Assembly: GCA_010356995.1 (NCBI GenBank)
Contig: ML996693.1
Coordinates: 1,178,001 to 1,242,000 of the forward strand
Length of the DNA: 64,000 bases
Direction: 5' to 3'
From: Trichodelitschia bisporula
Lineage: Eukaryota
Shown here: positions 36,637-49,811 of the stretch, one piece after another
Layout of the letters: every line of letters starts with the position of its first letter
Numbering within the stretch: the stretch's first letter is position 1
Notes under the pieces: model-generated
The model's input: only the letters and a program-made list of their open reading frames with translations
Database searches by the model: none
Told to the model about the DNA's origin: nothing
Program-made: the position numbers and the translations under genes

Positions 36637-37387
36637 GGTGATGTGGAGGTGGAGATGGAGTTGGGAGGGCGGTGATGTGGGGTTGGAGCACAAGGCGGGG
36701 AAGTGTCGATCACCCCCTCAATGCCCAACAGCAGCAGCGCAGCGTACCGTACAAGCGTGCAACTCAATGCTAACAGGCGAGATCAACGACACAGAGTACA
36801 GGAGAAATGAGGTGTACAGCAAAAGAGCAGCTCAATTGCCCTTTAAAACCCTCCCCGCACATCATCACCTGCCCCATGCACGTCCCGACGCGCAGACGGT
36901 TGTTCGCGGCTTTGGCGCTGTGGCGGGGTGGGGCTAAAGGCTGGGTTGCGTCGGCTGGGTTGCGTCGGCTGGGGATCGGGAGGCGGGAGCTAAGCCGAGT
37001 CGGGGGACTTGGTGATGCGGAAAACTAGACGACCACAGATAACACACGGCACACAGCAAGCAGACGGTAATGCAGCCACCGGCACAATGTCAGAGCAAAG
37101 GGAAGCACCGTCTCACCGCCTCTATCACATCCATCACATCCATCACCGCGTCAAAGAGAGGAATAGAGCCGCAAAGCCGGATATATCGTTGCAAAAGGAA
37201 AGTCTGGCACAAAAGCACCACATCCTACAACCACTGCCTCCCATTACCCACAACGATTGTCCTTCATCCCCAATCCACCATTCATCCATCCATCCATCCT
37301 CCCCATGCCAAAGCCACCCTCCAACCTTTTGACTTCTAAGCCGCCCCCCCCCGTGTAAGACCCGATCCCTCACAACCCAAAACTCTT

Positions 37388-40300
37388 CTACGCAAAATCG
37401 GCGCAGTATGAGAAGCCGCGGAACTCCTCTTGCATTGCTTGGGAGAGTACTACATTCATTAGCACTTGCTCGGTTATTATAGAGAAGTAGAACTTACCCG
37501 ACTGCACCGGCGTCAGCACCGGCGTCACGCTCGTGAACTCCGAGTCGAAATTGCTCGTGTCCGTCGCGCTCGTAATCTGTGGCATAAACGGCGGTTGAAT
37601 CCGCTTGTGGTACACATCATCCCAGTTGATGTTGCGGAAGAAAGGTTGGCTCATAATCTCCTGTGCGTCAGTCGGCCCGCTGCCCAGCCGCAGCTCCGGC
37701 TCGCGTGTCAGCAGCTTCTGCAAGATGGAAACGCTATCGCGAGGCATGTGGATCGGATACAGCGGCTCATCCGCCAGGATGGCGTCGTAGATTTCGTCTT
37801 CGTCATCGCCGCGGAAGGGCGACTGCTGCAGCAGCATTTGGTAGATGAGGACGCCAAACGCCCACCAATCAACGGCACGTCCGTACTTCTTGTCGAGCAG
37901 AATCTAGGGATGTCAGCAAGGCCTTAACCGCAGGGAGTTAAACTACCTCCGGAGCCATGAACTCTGGTGTGCCGCAGAATGTGCTCGTAGTCGAACCATA
38001 CCACATGTCCTCCTTGCACAAGCCGTAATCGGCAATCTTGATGTGGCCATCGAGCGTCAGCAAGATGTTGTCAAGCTTCAGATCGCGGTAGATGACACCG
38101 TTCTCGTGGAAGTACTTGAGTGCGAGGCAGACCTCAGCAGCGTAGAACCTGACCGTTAGTTGACGTCCATACCGGGGACCTGAAACATACTGTGCGCGTT
38201 TCGACCCAAACTGTCCGCGCTGGATATGCAGCATCAAATCGCCGCCGCTGATATACTCCATGACAAAGTAAATGCGGGTCTCCGTCTGGAAGCAGGCGTG
38301 CAAGTTGAGCAAAAACGGATGCCGCTCCTTGTTAGCGATCAAGAACACGCGCTTCTCCGACCGCGTGCTCTCCACTTCGTCATTCTCGATGATGAACTCC
38401 TTCTTCAACACCTTGATGGCGTACAGCTTCTTCGTCGCCTTCGTTTCCGCCAGCATGACCTTACCAAAGTTACCCTTACCGAGCACGGCGAGGAAATTGA
38501 AGTGGTCCAGCCCGATACGACGTCCCGTGCCTTGTGCATTTGCCGGAGGTGCTGCGGGTGCCTTGCCCACCGCCTGCGACGGTGGGAGCGGTTTCGCGGC
38601 GGCCGGCGGTGCTTCGGGCGGCGGCTGTTGAATGACGGGTAACGGGTGCGGCTGCCCATACGGTTGCTGCTGCTGCGGTTGTGGAGGAGCCTGCCCATAA
38701 CCGGCCTGCACGGGTGCCGGCTGCTGGCCGTAAGGCTGAGTGCCATACCCGCTGACGGTCGCGTAGTCGGCGGGATTGTAGGCGGGCTTCGCCGGAGGTG
38801 GCGGCCCCTGCTCGTACGGATCGTGCGGATCCATGGCCCCATAGCCGGCACTGGATCCGCGGGGCGGCAGGCCCTGAGAATAATCGGTCGAAGCGCGCTG
38901 GTATGAAGGCTGTTTGGTTGGCGACGGTGCCGTCTTCCCGGCGAGAGCTGCAACGGCCGCAGTGGCAGCGGCGGACTGCGAGGACTGTGTGCGGTGGCCT
39001 TGCGGTGGGGGCCGAGTCCGGGTCGGCGACGGAGGTCCGCCATATGATATGCGTGCGGCCTCAACTGAGGTTCCCGACGGCGCATACGACTGCTGTCGGC
39101 CCTCGCCATAAGAGTAGCGAGGATCGCCGCCTTGTTCCTGGCCTGGCGGCGCGGGGTAGCTGCCTTGACCTGGGGTGGCGTTCGGGCGGCCGCTGGTCGA
39201 AGGGCGCAGGGTGCGCGAGCTCATGGACGTCGATGTGCCTTGCCGCTTCTTGGTGTTTCGGATTTCCATGAGCATCAGGTTGGCCTTCTCCATGGGCATG
39301 CCACAGAAGTCGGGGACAAAATGGATGCACTGGGTATGGCACGTGAGATCGCATTCTGACACGTCAGCACAGCTCGAATGACAGCGCGCGCAGCCTTACC
39401 GGAGCACTTTCGCGACTGCTTCTTGCCAAATGGCAGCATGTAGCCGCAGTGGCAGCACCAGTTCGCACCCATGTTGGAAAAGGCGTCCCATCGATGTGGG
39501 ATGCGGTGGTTAATCTTCCCCTCGTCTGGATCCGTCTCGGCGTTGGACTGCGTGATGCACTTGGTCACCACCTTGGGATAACACTTCTTGTGGCAGGTGA
39601 ACTTGCAGTCGGCACACTGCATCCCCGCCGCATACTTGAGAAACTCACCGCAGAGTGCGCAGCGCATGATGTTGTAGAACTGCTGCTGCATGAACTTGTG
39701 GCCATATTGCTCGTGAATCTCTTCCTTTTTCTGGCGAATGGCGCCCTTGCGGCCGAGGCCGAGATCGAGCGTTTTCTTGTCTTTCGTTTGCTTGACTGCA
39801 GACGTTAGTAGCTGGAGGGAGAAACGGCTGAGGGCAGCAATAGCACGACTCACCAAAGCTGATCGACAGGTAGATACGTCCGACCGGCTCAAGCGCAAAC
39901 CATGACTCGATGAAGATCGGTCCGGTCTGCGGCACCGGCCCTGCACCTGGCTGAGCTCCCGCCGGGCCGTGCATCACCATAGCCGGTTGGTTCGGAGGTG
40001 GCTGGAAGTGGATGTCTGGACGAATGCCGCTGTCACCCATCTTTTCTGCGGATACCCAGCCTGAGCTGTTGAACTCGGTTTCGATACGCTTACGGCGCAT
40101 CTCCTCGGCGATGTCAGAGATTCGGATCCAGAGCATGCCGATAGGCATTGGGTGGTCGCCTGCGCGGTCATATACCGTTAGCTCAATCTCGTTGGCACGG
40201 TCAATATCGATCTCGTGCAGCTCATCGGTCCATTTGTCATTGCGCGTCGTCTTCGTCCGCCCCTTGAATGTGTCCTCGACTTTGAATATGACGAAGGTAT

Positions 40301-41210
40301 CCGGGCCGCGGGAGAAACGGCCGGTGGAAGCGTGGTCGACATCGGCCACCCCGTGGATACGGATAGAGAGGTGACCGGTGAGGGGTTTGCGCTGGCTCGG
40401 GATGTTGAGCGAGTCATCTGTTAATGTTAGTGAGTGTTACACAGCTAAGCGCGATAAGAACGGAGTGCCTTACCATCATGCCCCCCGTCTCCATCTATTT
40501 CGACGTGCAAGTCCTCATACCGCTTAAGCGCCTGCTTCAGAAGTTGGATCTTCTGGTTGCTCTCGATGCGGCGCGCCTCGGCATCGGATTTGCTCTTGCG
40601 GTCACCCTCGATCTGGTACAAGCGCACCATCTTTTCTATACCATCCTTGTACTGCTTCTCAACACTAAGCTTAAACTCGAGCTGCGACAGCATGAGCTGG
40701 ATACGGGGTCCAAGATGGGGAGTATCCCATTTGATCAGATCTAGTGCGTCAGCCTATGAGCATCATAACGACGATGAACTTACCGAGCTTGCTGTAGTTC
40801 GGCCGCGCCCGCGGCACTCCTGACCCGGGGCCTGGCCGCGCAAAAGGCGCGGTTGGCGGCATCATCATGTTCCCACCGCTCAGCTGGCTGTAGTCCTGGC
40901 CTGGGTCACCATACTCGCCCGGTGGTGCGTATGGTGCCCTGCCTGCTCCTCCCGGGCCAGATCCGTAACCAGAAGAGCCGGCATCCATGTGCATGCCTTC
41001 GACGCCAGCCGTCATCTTCTTCATCTCGAGCTCCTTGAGCCGGCTCTCGAGGTACTCGATGTTGCGCTGACCATCGCGGATTTTGGTCGCCAGCTGTGAC
41101 ATGACAGCCGGATTGTTGGTCGACTGGCGCATCGCATTGGCGGCATTGATGAGCGCCTTCTCGCGGTCGATCTTGCGGATGATCTCCTTGGACACATCTT
41201 CTTCGTTCAT
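37388..41210 (-). CDS. pkc1: Protein kinase C, fungal Pkc1 (~1162 aa)
   Basis: Eight exons: 41210-40784, 40740-40474, 40417-39854, 39795-39400, 39355-38191, 38148-37947, 37903-37498, 37449-37388. Two HR1, C2, pseudosubstrate RKGAIRQK, two C1 and kinase domain ([16 protein letters not shown]), FRGFSY tail. Confidence 0.97.
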
Positions 41211-41896
41211 GATGGGCAGTGGGGGGGAGGGGTTGCGCCGTCAGCCGGCCGGCGCGTCAAGCGCAAACTTGGTGGGCTTTCGCAGATAAAGGCAAACTGT
41301 AGTGTGTGCGCGGGCAGAGGCGATGTCTGGGTGTGCAAGTGGGTGCGAGTAGGTGTTGAGGAAGCCCTCGATTTTCAGGGCGACGGCGAATGGCGAACGG
41401 GGCGACTTGCGAGTTTGATGGGCGGGGGTGTAAGGCTGCTGCTAAGCCACGGGCTGAGTAGAGCTGCTAGGGTTGGAATGGGGAGGAGTCGCTCGGGGGG
41501 GCGAGATTCCGAAAAGTGTGATGGTAAATGGGTACGCAGTAGGGCTTTGAAGAGCGATGTCGCGGGTGGTGGTGAGTGGATAATGGAGGGGTGTTGTTGG
41601 GGTGGAGGTCACGTTCGGTTGGCGTTGGAGGGGTAGAGAAGGAAGCTGAAAGACAGCGCGGGAGAGTGAGGGGAGAGAGAGAGAGAGTCAAAGCTCTGCA
41701 GGCTCGGAGGCGGATATTATGCGGAGGTGCAGACGATTACTATGGAGAGAGAACTGCAGACTATCAGTAGCCTTGGCTTATGAATTTAAGCATACACTTT
41801 GCATGGCTAAGGCATGTATCATCATATTTAGCTGTGTGTTTATCTCTGCTGTACAGTGGCATGCAGAGTGTTGACTCTCTTCTCCAGCACTCTATG

Positions 41897-41932
41897 TATC
41901 GAAGCATTCAGTTATCGAAGCATTCAGTTATC
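41897..41932. repeat. 16-bp tandem duplication
   Basis: TATCGAAGCATTCAGT x2 plus TATC. Confidence 0.8.
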
Positions 41933-44900
41933 CGTCTAGCTTCCTGTCCTTGTGAATTCGCTCATTGTACTTTATCGATCTCCAGTGTGTCCCAAAGACT
42001 TCTAGCTCGCACATGCCTTGCCGAATCCCAGCATCCTCGGGCAATGACAATTATCACGTTAACTCATCCAGCTCTCGTATTTTCACCTCACCACCAAACG
42101 CTTGTAGCCTCAGGGAAGAAAAGCCATAGCCAGCAACCCCACGAACTCCCATTCGCAGTCAGCTAGGGGTAATAGTCACCGCACTACGGATTCGACTCCG
42201 ATGAGTACTATACATCCTTACGCATCTACTAGTTCTAGTTCTAGCTCGCTCAATCTCACAGCAACGGGCCGTCACGAAGCACAAGCAACTCGGTGAAACA
42301 TTACACTTAAAGTAAGGTACGGACATCAGCCACTACAAGGGAACATTCAAAGCATTAAGCGGTCTTTCTTTTTCTCAGTGCCTTTGATTCTATACCAGGA
42401 AGTTGCTTTGAATCCTCAGCGCCTTTTGGGGGCTGATGTTGTTGTGGTGGAAGGTACATCGGTCATGATATATGTGGTCAGTTCTTGCGATATCTCAGTC
42501 TATTCTTCTTCTCACGCATTCATCTCATGTTTTACAGATCAAGTACCCATCTCATATCTTCCATCTCGAGCTGCCTTCCCATGACTTCCACCTCAAGCTT
42601 CAACGACGCAATTGACATGACATACTGCAGTGCGGTGAACCCAGAGTGTACGAAACCTGTGAAGTCATGGGCGATTCATTATGGCGTCCGACGACTACAC
42701 CTTTTCCTACAAGCAGGATTTTCTGGATATGTTGGAACCGGTAGTCGTGGCTTGTGATTCCGAGTAGGACTTCGAAGCCGAAACCTTCGAGCCAAAGATG
42801 ATGCAGCCACTGGGCTTACAGCCGGCAAGCCAGTTCTTTCAAAGGACGTCTTCCACAAGCAAGCCTATGTCGTTGATCTGCAGCACCGCGAGGAACTCAA
42901 CGAGCTCGGCGTCTTCAAGATCTTAAAACCCTCTGAAAAGGTAAACAACTGGATAGCGGTGATTAAGTGGATGACAGACACTAGAACGGGTCATCGGCGC
43001 TCCGCACCCAAGACGCTCGGCGTGGTCGGCGAGTTCGCCTTCGACGAGGACTGTCCAGCCCGCTGTTTCTGCCGGGCAGAGGCGTGCGGGGGAACCCGGC
43101 ATTCCAAGTCGGACCAGTTGCGGATAACGGAGAGGATGACGTCGCTGGCCGCAAGTGCTGGGTGCGATAGGCTTTACTGTGGTTCTTTCTGATGATAGTC
43201 GTCCACCCGCCGCGTAGTCCTCGGGGCTGGTCCGATCTCGGGATGCCGCTGTGTGCCCGCGGGGGCGTGGAATAGCTGGGAGCCGAGGGAGCCCCACTAT
43301 CGGTGCGCTGCTGACCTTGGGTCTGCAGTTCCTGCCGATGGCCGCAGTCGTTGGGCTTTAGGCCAGGAGCTTGGCAACCGTAGAGCACACATTTTGAGGC
43401 TCTTGTCGAGTCGGAGTAGTGTAGCAGTCTACTGCCTGTACGAAGGGCCATCTGCCTCCACTTCTGAGGAGAGAGAGCTAACACGAAGCGGTCTACAAGA
43501 AGCATAAGCACTAACAAAATATGAGAAAGAAGCGAGGGAGCTGCATGCTAAGAACGCGAATACCTATCCCACGCTCGGCAGCGACCTGGTCGGTTCAAAT
43601 TTGTCGATGATATGACATGCCCATCGCCACCAAACAATGTACTGCTCAACAAATCGATGAAGCACGCTGCAGAAGTCGACAGGAGACATTTGCCGTAGTA
43701 GAGGATGCTATGATGGTGAGGTTCAGATGTTTGGTGAGAGTTGGCGGCTCGGCTAAATGCGAGGACAAGTTCCTCGTCGATGACATGTTTGGTAATGTGG
43801 ATAAAGACCTATGTTCTAGGACTGGACTATCCATATGGGATGGTCCAAAGCCCATGCGAAGAAGTTGTTGCACTCCTCAAAAAACTTGTAGCCGCATCTT
43901 GCCGGGATCTTTGCCGAAAAGAGGCAAAGACTATCGGGGAGGGTGCCATGACTTTGTCACCTGGCCCTTGCGTGTGAAGGTACGTGGTTGATGGGCTACC
44001 CGGAAAAGTCGTGGCCGCCCCCTCCCGATGAACTGTCTGTATTACTCAGTGAAAGCCGGGGCCGGAGGGCGGCCCCGACTTTTTCGGGTAGCCCTTTGTA
44101 CCACGTACCGTGAAAGGTGTCGGGAAGCTGCGCGCCGTATCCTTGGCCGAACAACAGTACTGGCACGTTAGACGCGTCAAAAGGATAGAGATGGTAGTAT
44201 TACACAGTATATGAGTCAAGCGTGCTCTGTCCAATAGGTAAGGGAGGAAAGGTAAAAGACAAGCGTACCAGAAACTCAACATCCACCCGCATCATCCACC
44301 CAAGAAATGCCGACCGGAACCCGGCTCGCATCCCCCACCACCTGCTCCCAAGACGGTGGACGTAACGCGCGGCGCGCCCGGGTTCGGCGGCTCGGCCTCA
44401 TTCCAGATTAGGCGCGCTGCTTCCTGCTGCGAAGCGAGCCGTCCTTCTAGGGCAGTCGGCCGGGGACGTGGAGTGAGAGGATAATAGATGTCGAGATAAA
44501 AGGGAGCAAGAATGAGGATGCGGAGGAATAAGGTGGCATCGTCAGCGGCAGACTCCGCAACTCCGTGTCCCCCGAAGGATAATTTCCTGAGCCGTGGGAG
44601 CAAGGTCAAGGTACTGGTGTTGTGTACTCTCTTCAGACGGAGCGTCAAGGGCACAAACGCGCCAGACACACCCACCACTTCGCTTGTCACACCTCCCACG
44701 CAATCGGCTTCTCCCACCTTGCCATCCATCCCGAGGCCGCGCGGCGCTTCTCGCCAGACAGATTGAGGCCGTCGTCTGTGCAGTCTACTTGGGGAAGCTG
44801 TGTACCCCATGCGGTTTCGCGATCCTCGGTCCCCTCAACTCGCATCCCTCTTGCCGCGTCGCTTCATGTGGCTTGACCATCTTCTTTTATGCTCATTCGT

Positions 44901-47098
44901 CATCCTGTCCCGAGATCCCGCAGCGCTTCCTCTCATCAACGGTACCGTATTCAGCTTCAAGCCCTTCCGACGCCATACCCTACATGCCGTGCAGAGCTGT
45001 AATGCCGTCGCCCCGATCACAGCGACTTTACGACCCCCTCTCCGTATCTTCGCTTCAGAGCAGAGCAGATGTACCCCCATGCCATGCCCTGCATCGTATC
45101 CCCCCATCCATATCCTCACCCACCGGCAACCATCCGCTGCACCCCTCCTCACACACTGTACTGCTGCATCGACGACCCCGGTAAAAAGTGACAAGCCCTT
45201 TTTTCCTGGTGTATCCGCGTGCGGCGGCGGCGGCGGCGGCGTACCGCACGGCACCCACACCCTTCTAATCTTTCCCCCCCCATCCCCGCGCTCCAATCCA
45301 GCTTGCGCCGCCTCCGAACGGCCTAGCCGGCACCACGGGTCATTGCCCTTGGTCGGCGCCCATTCCCCTTCGGCTGTGGAATTCTAGTCTTGCTCCCGCC
45401 TTCTTCAGCTCCCACCGTCTTTTCCTTTTCAGCCTACCAGGGAACTGAGTAGGTAGCTACGTACTATTTACATGAGCCGACTCTCGGGCTCTTTTCTCGG
45501 CTTTCTTCTTCCTTGAGTTTAAAAAGGGCCCATTTCTCGGACAGCCGTCAACCTTACGCGTATTCGGCTTCCCTGGCAATTATTTTTGATCTGGCCTATT
45601 CTGTTCTACGGTTGTAAAGCCGGGCCTAGCTCTCTCTCCCATTGCCAATCCCGACCCGGTCGGTCAGCTGCATTGCCGCGCCGCCGTGCCTGACCTTTCT
45701 TAAGACTGCCTAAAAGCCTACAGCCTGGGCGTGAAAGAGCTCTCGGAACCCTTTGGGAGTGGCAGCCAAACCTCTTTATCCAACCCCCCCCCCAAAAAAG
45801 GGTTAAATAGGTTTGACTCGGTCCCTCTTGAGGTCATACCGAGTTATCTACCTGTCGCTGTCGTCATCACAACGTGTCGTCGGGCAAAGAAACCGAGAAA
45901 GAGAGGGAGACTATCGCCATTCTCTTCCGACAAAAGGGCACCCGCGCACCGCCGCCGTGCACACCCGCCGCCCCGTCTCGCCGCCCGCCGCGGCTGCGCA
46001 GCAACAACCCAGCTCCTCTACCCCATCCCTTCCATCCCCCGTCCATCTCCGGCCTCCAAGCTCTCTCTCATCCTCTGTGCATTTCGCTTCTTTCCCCCTC
46101 CCTTTCACACGCTCCTCTCGGAAATCCGTCCACTCGCGCTTGTCAACAACTCCTTCCCGCCTGTCCCGCCGACCGGCCTCTTTTCCACCACCTAACCTCC
46201 GTGGCTCCCCCCCCTCCCAAAGTCCACAGTTGTTCTTGACTCTTGATCTCTTTCCTCTCAACCTCACCATCTTCCACTTCCTCTTCCATTATTTCCTTCA
46301 TCCTTTCCATCACAAACAAACTCACGTCCAAAAACCGACGAAAGCCATCTCAAGCACCCCTACCCCCCGTGCCTTTCCAAGCCCGGGTGCACGCACCACA
46401 ACATCCGACCGTGTCAGCTCTTTCCCACTCTTACGCTCTCAGCACCCGTTCCTGCCGTTCCCGCATCTACTTCAACCCGCCTCCCCCCCCCCGCTCCGCT
46501 CCCGTAACCGATTCTCTCCACCACCCCAAAACATCCGTGTCCCGTTTCCCAGCCCCCTCCCAAACACTTTTGCCATCCGCGTCCACAGCCGCATCCCGCC
46601 ATCAACCACGCAACCGCCCTCGGTCTTCGTTGAACTGCACTACAATACCGTTACAACCAGATCTCAACTCGACATTGCCTGAATAATTTCTGCCTTCGTG
46701 CACAAATTGTTCACGGAACCTGCAGTACCCGCGGCGCGTGTGTCGTGCCGTTCCCGCTGCTCCCGGTTCCGCTCTTTCACCCACCACTCAGAACATAACC
46801 CCCACCAGTTGCGACCGTGGAATCCCCACCCAATTCCACCATCACGGCCGGAACGGCGCCTTTCAACGGCGCAGCCTCGGAACCCTCCCCCACGCCTCCT
46901 GGTGCGGTTCAGAGCGCTGCGCGTCGTCTCCTAGCCGCGGCGTCGGGCGAGGGCGCTGGCCCGGGCGAGTCGCCCAGTGCACCGTCGACTATCTCGGTAT
47001 CCCACCCAGCGAACGCACACTCCAAGACGGCGAACTCTGCCGGGGCTGGTCCGCGACCCACGTCGGCAACGTCGCCGCGAGCGGACCAGCCGGCGAGG

Positions 47099-49811
47099 AT
47101 GCGCTCGTCCATCGCGTGCGCGCGCTGCCGCCGCTCCAAGGTCAAGTGCGTCAACAATGGTGTAAACACGACGTGTCGCGCCTGCGAGACGAGTGGTCGC
47201 GAGTGTACCTACCCGCAGCCCGCTGTCACTGGCGCGTCCATGGCGGCGGCACGCGAAGCTGCGCGTCGTGAGATCAGTGGCGGTCCCGATACCTCCGAGG
47301 TTCGTTTCTTGTCTCTTCCCATTGCGATCCATCATGATCACGTGTTAATATCTTCCAGGCTCACCACCCACCCAAGCGCCAACGCGTCAAGCGCATCTTG
47401 CCCTCGGGGCACACTGGTACCAAGGATGTGTCGACCAAGGAGAGCATGCGGGCCATCGTGGATGCGCTGGACCCCACTCTCTTGAAGCCGCACGTATGGG
47501 TCGAGCTGGTGAGTACTCCGATCTCTCATCTGTGCCTCTCCCGTCTGACCCTTATAGTTTGACATCTGGAACCTGCACTACTCGACCGATTTGCCGTTCA
47601 TTCACCATCCAACGTTCCTTAAGCAGCTCCGCCAGCTTACGCCGGCCGGTGAAGTTGTGGATTTCAACTCACCCCGTCCCGACCGCGGGTCCACAATGCC
47701 GCCGGCTCCCGACTTCTGGCTGCTTGGCTTCCTAGCGCTGACGGCCAAGTTCCATCTGCTGCTCGTCACCCATCACTCGCCGCGCTCGGCCACGCGTCCG
47801 AGCAACCCGTTGATTGCTTCACATTACTACGCGTCGGCTTGCCGTGTGCGCCTTGCGATGGCCGCCAGCGAGGACGCCCCGCCAGACTTGCATCGTATTC
47901 AAGCGCTGCAGATGCTAGCTTTTCACGATTGGATGTCTGACCAAGGCCTCAAGGCGTGGTCCGGCACGGGGACCGCTCTACGCTATGCCCAGTCGCTTGG
48001 CCTGCACATTGAAGCGTCCCTTGACGATGAACCTGATGCGCGTTGCGTCCCACTGCACTACGACCCACCCGACTTCGGTGGCGAGAGCCGTCGTTCCAGC
48101 TCTGTGACGTCAATCGCGTTCATCGAGAGCGAGGTTGCGCGCCGCACCTTCTGGAGTGTATTCATCTTCGACCGAGCTTTGAGCAACAGCAAGTACCGGC
48201 CGTCTGTTGTGCACCCGGTGGACGTGCATGTGCAGTTGCCGAGCAGCGAACAGACCTTCACCTTTGGGCGTGCTGTGCGCACGGCCTGCATCGTTGACAA
48301 GCGAGGCGGGCATGGTACTAACGGCAGCGCCAAGGTGGAGGGTGAGCCCGGGCACAGTCGCAGCAAAAGCCTCAGCCACGAGCCGACCGACGAGGGTGGT
48401 GTGCCATGGGAGCAGGGGCCAAATGAGGGTGTTGTTAGCCGCTACGTCAAGGCCATCGATTTGTATGGCAAGATTCTGCTATATGCAGATTGGGGTGGAC
48501 GGAAGTAAGTTTTGATCCTTAGAGTGTGGTACGCCCACTTAATTCGTCACTGACATTCCAGACGCGAGGTCTACCCTCCGTACAGTCCGCACTCCAGCTG
48601 GGCCGGGCTGCACGCACAGCTCTCGGCCTTCCGTACGTCGCTGCCGCGTGAACTTACACTCAACCCGGACAACATCTCGGCACACATCACGTCGCGCACG
48701 TCGACGTCGTACATTGCGTTGCACTCCGTGCTGTTGCTGTGCGGGGTGATGCTTAACCGCGACCTGGTGTCTTTCTTGCCGTTGCGCACCGGGCCAGCTG
48801 ATGGTCCTACTGATCAAGTGCATTCCTCGACCGAGGACGCCAAGGAGCAGAAATTATTCTGGGAGACCGGTGCGCGTGAGCTCTTCCGATCGGCCCGGGA
48901 CTTGGTTGATCTGCAGCGCATCTGTCAGCAAGAGTGGAACATCGCGGTAGAGACGCCGATTGTGGGCTTCTCGGTGTACTTGGCCGCACTGATTGGTATG
49001 TTCTGGTGTTCATTTGCTCGTTCGCAAGCTAACTAGTCCAGGTGTCTACGCTATCAACTTTCCCTGGATGGACCCCAACGGTTACATGTCGCAGACCCTG
49101 CAGACTCCAAATCCTCCACCGCTCGATAAGGCCTCAACGGGACTCGAAGCTGCGCGTTTCGCCATGGAAGTCCTCTCTCACCTTCGCGCCCGCCTCCCCA
49201 AGGCATCGGGTTGGCTGCATACTCTCGCCGCTACGCATCGCTACTTCATGCGCACGCGCCGCGACTTCAAGCGGGCCTTCTGTGTCTATGGCGATAAGAC
49301 AATGCCCGGCCTAGCGGAGGGCCGCGACGACTCGCGCGGCATCGAGATCGCGCTGCGCGACGTCTTGCCCCAGACCGACGCCGACGATGTGCTCGATGAT
49401 GAAATGCCCGATGCGCCAGACGGCGAGTCCTTCGAGGAGGAGGACCCCGAGGACAAGCCCATCACTGTCGCACCACCTCCCGAGGGTAGGCAGGACAAGT
49501 GGAATGCCATCAATGCATCAGCCCCTGCCGCGCCCCCGCCTCCGCACGCGCCGGCTCATCAGAGCACGAATGGCGCGCATGGGCATGGGTCCTTTCCGCG
49601 CCGCGATGCTCCGCTCCCGGTACGCGAGAGTGTGGGCGGGCCGCCGGCTAGCCGTGAGCAGGCGGAGGCGTGGTTCGATGGGTTGCCCATGTATTGGGGT
49701 GCCGATGACTGGGTTGCGTTTGCGGATGGGGGCGAGATTAAGGAATGGCTTGCGCGGGTGCAGGAGAGGGGCCGGGCTGGGTGGCTTGGGACTGTGTTTG
49801 AGGGACGCTAG
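47099..49811 (+). CDS. Zn(II)2Cys6 transcription factor with fungal TF middle-homology domain (833 aa from ATG; 927 aa if started at GTG 46817)
   Basis: Exons 47099-47299, 47359-47508, 47558-48504, 48562-48995, 49042-49811. CARCRRSKVKC..CRAC..C cluster; LPFIHHPTF; ARRTFWSVFIFDR. Confidence 0.92.

Noticed and set aside
45813..46686. 289-aa and 147-aa ORFs upstream of the Zn2Cys6 gene
   Set aside because: They start at non-ATG codons in pyrimidine-rich leader sequence that is naturally poor in stops.
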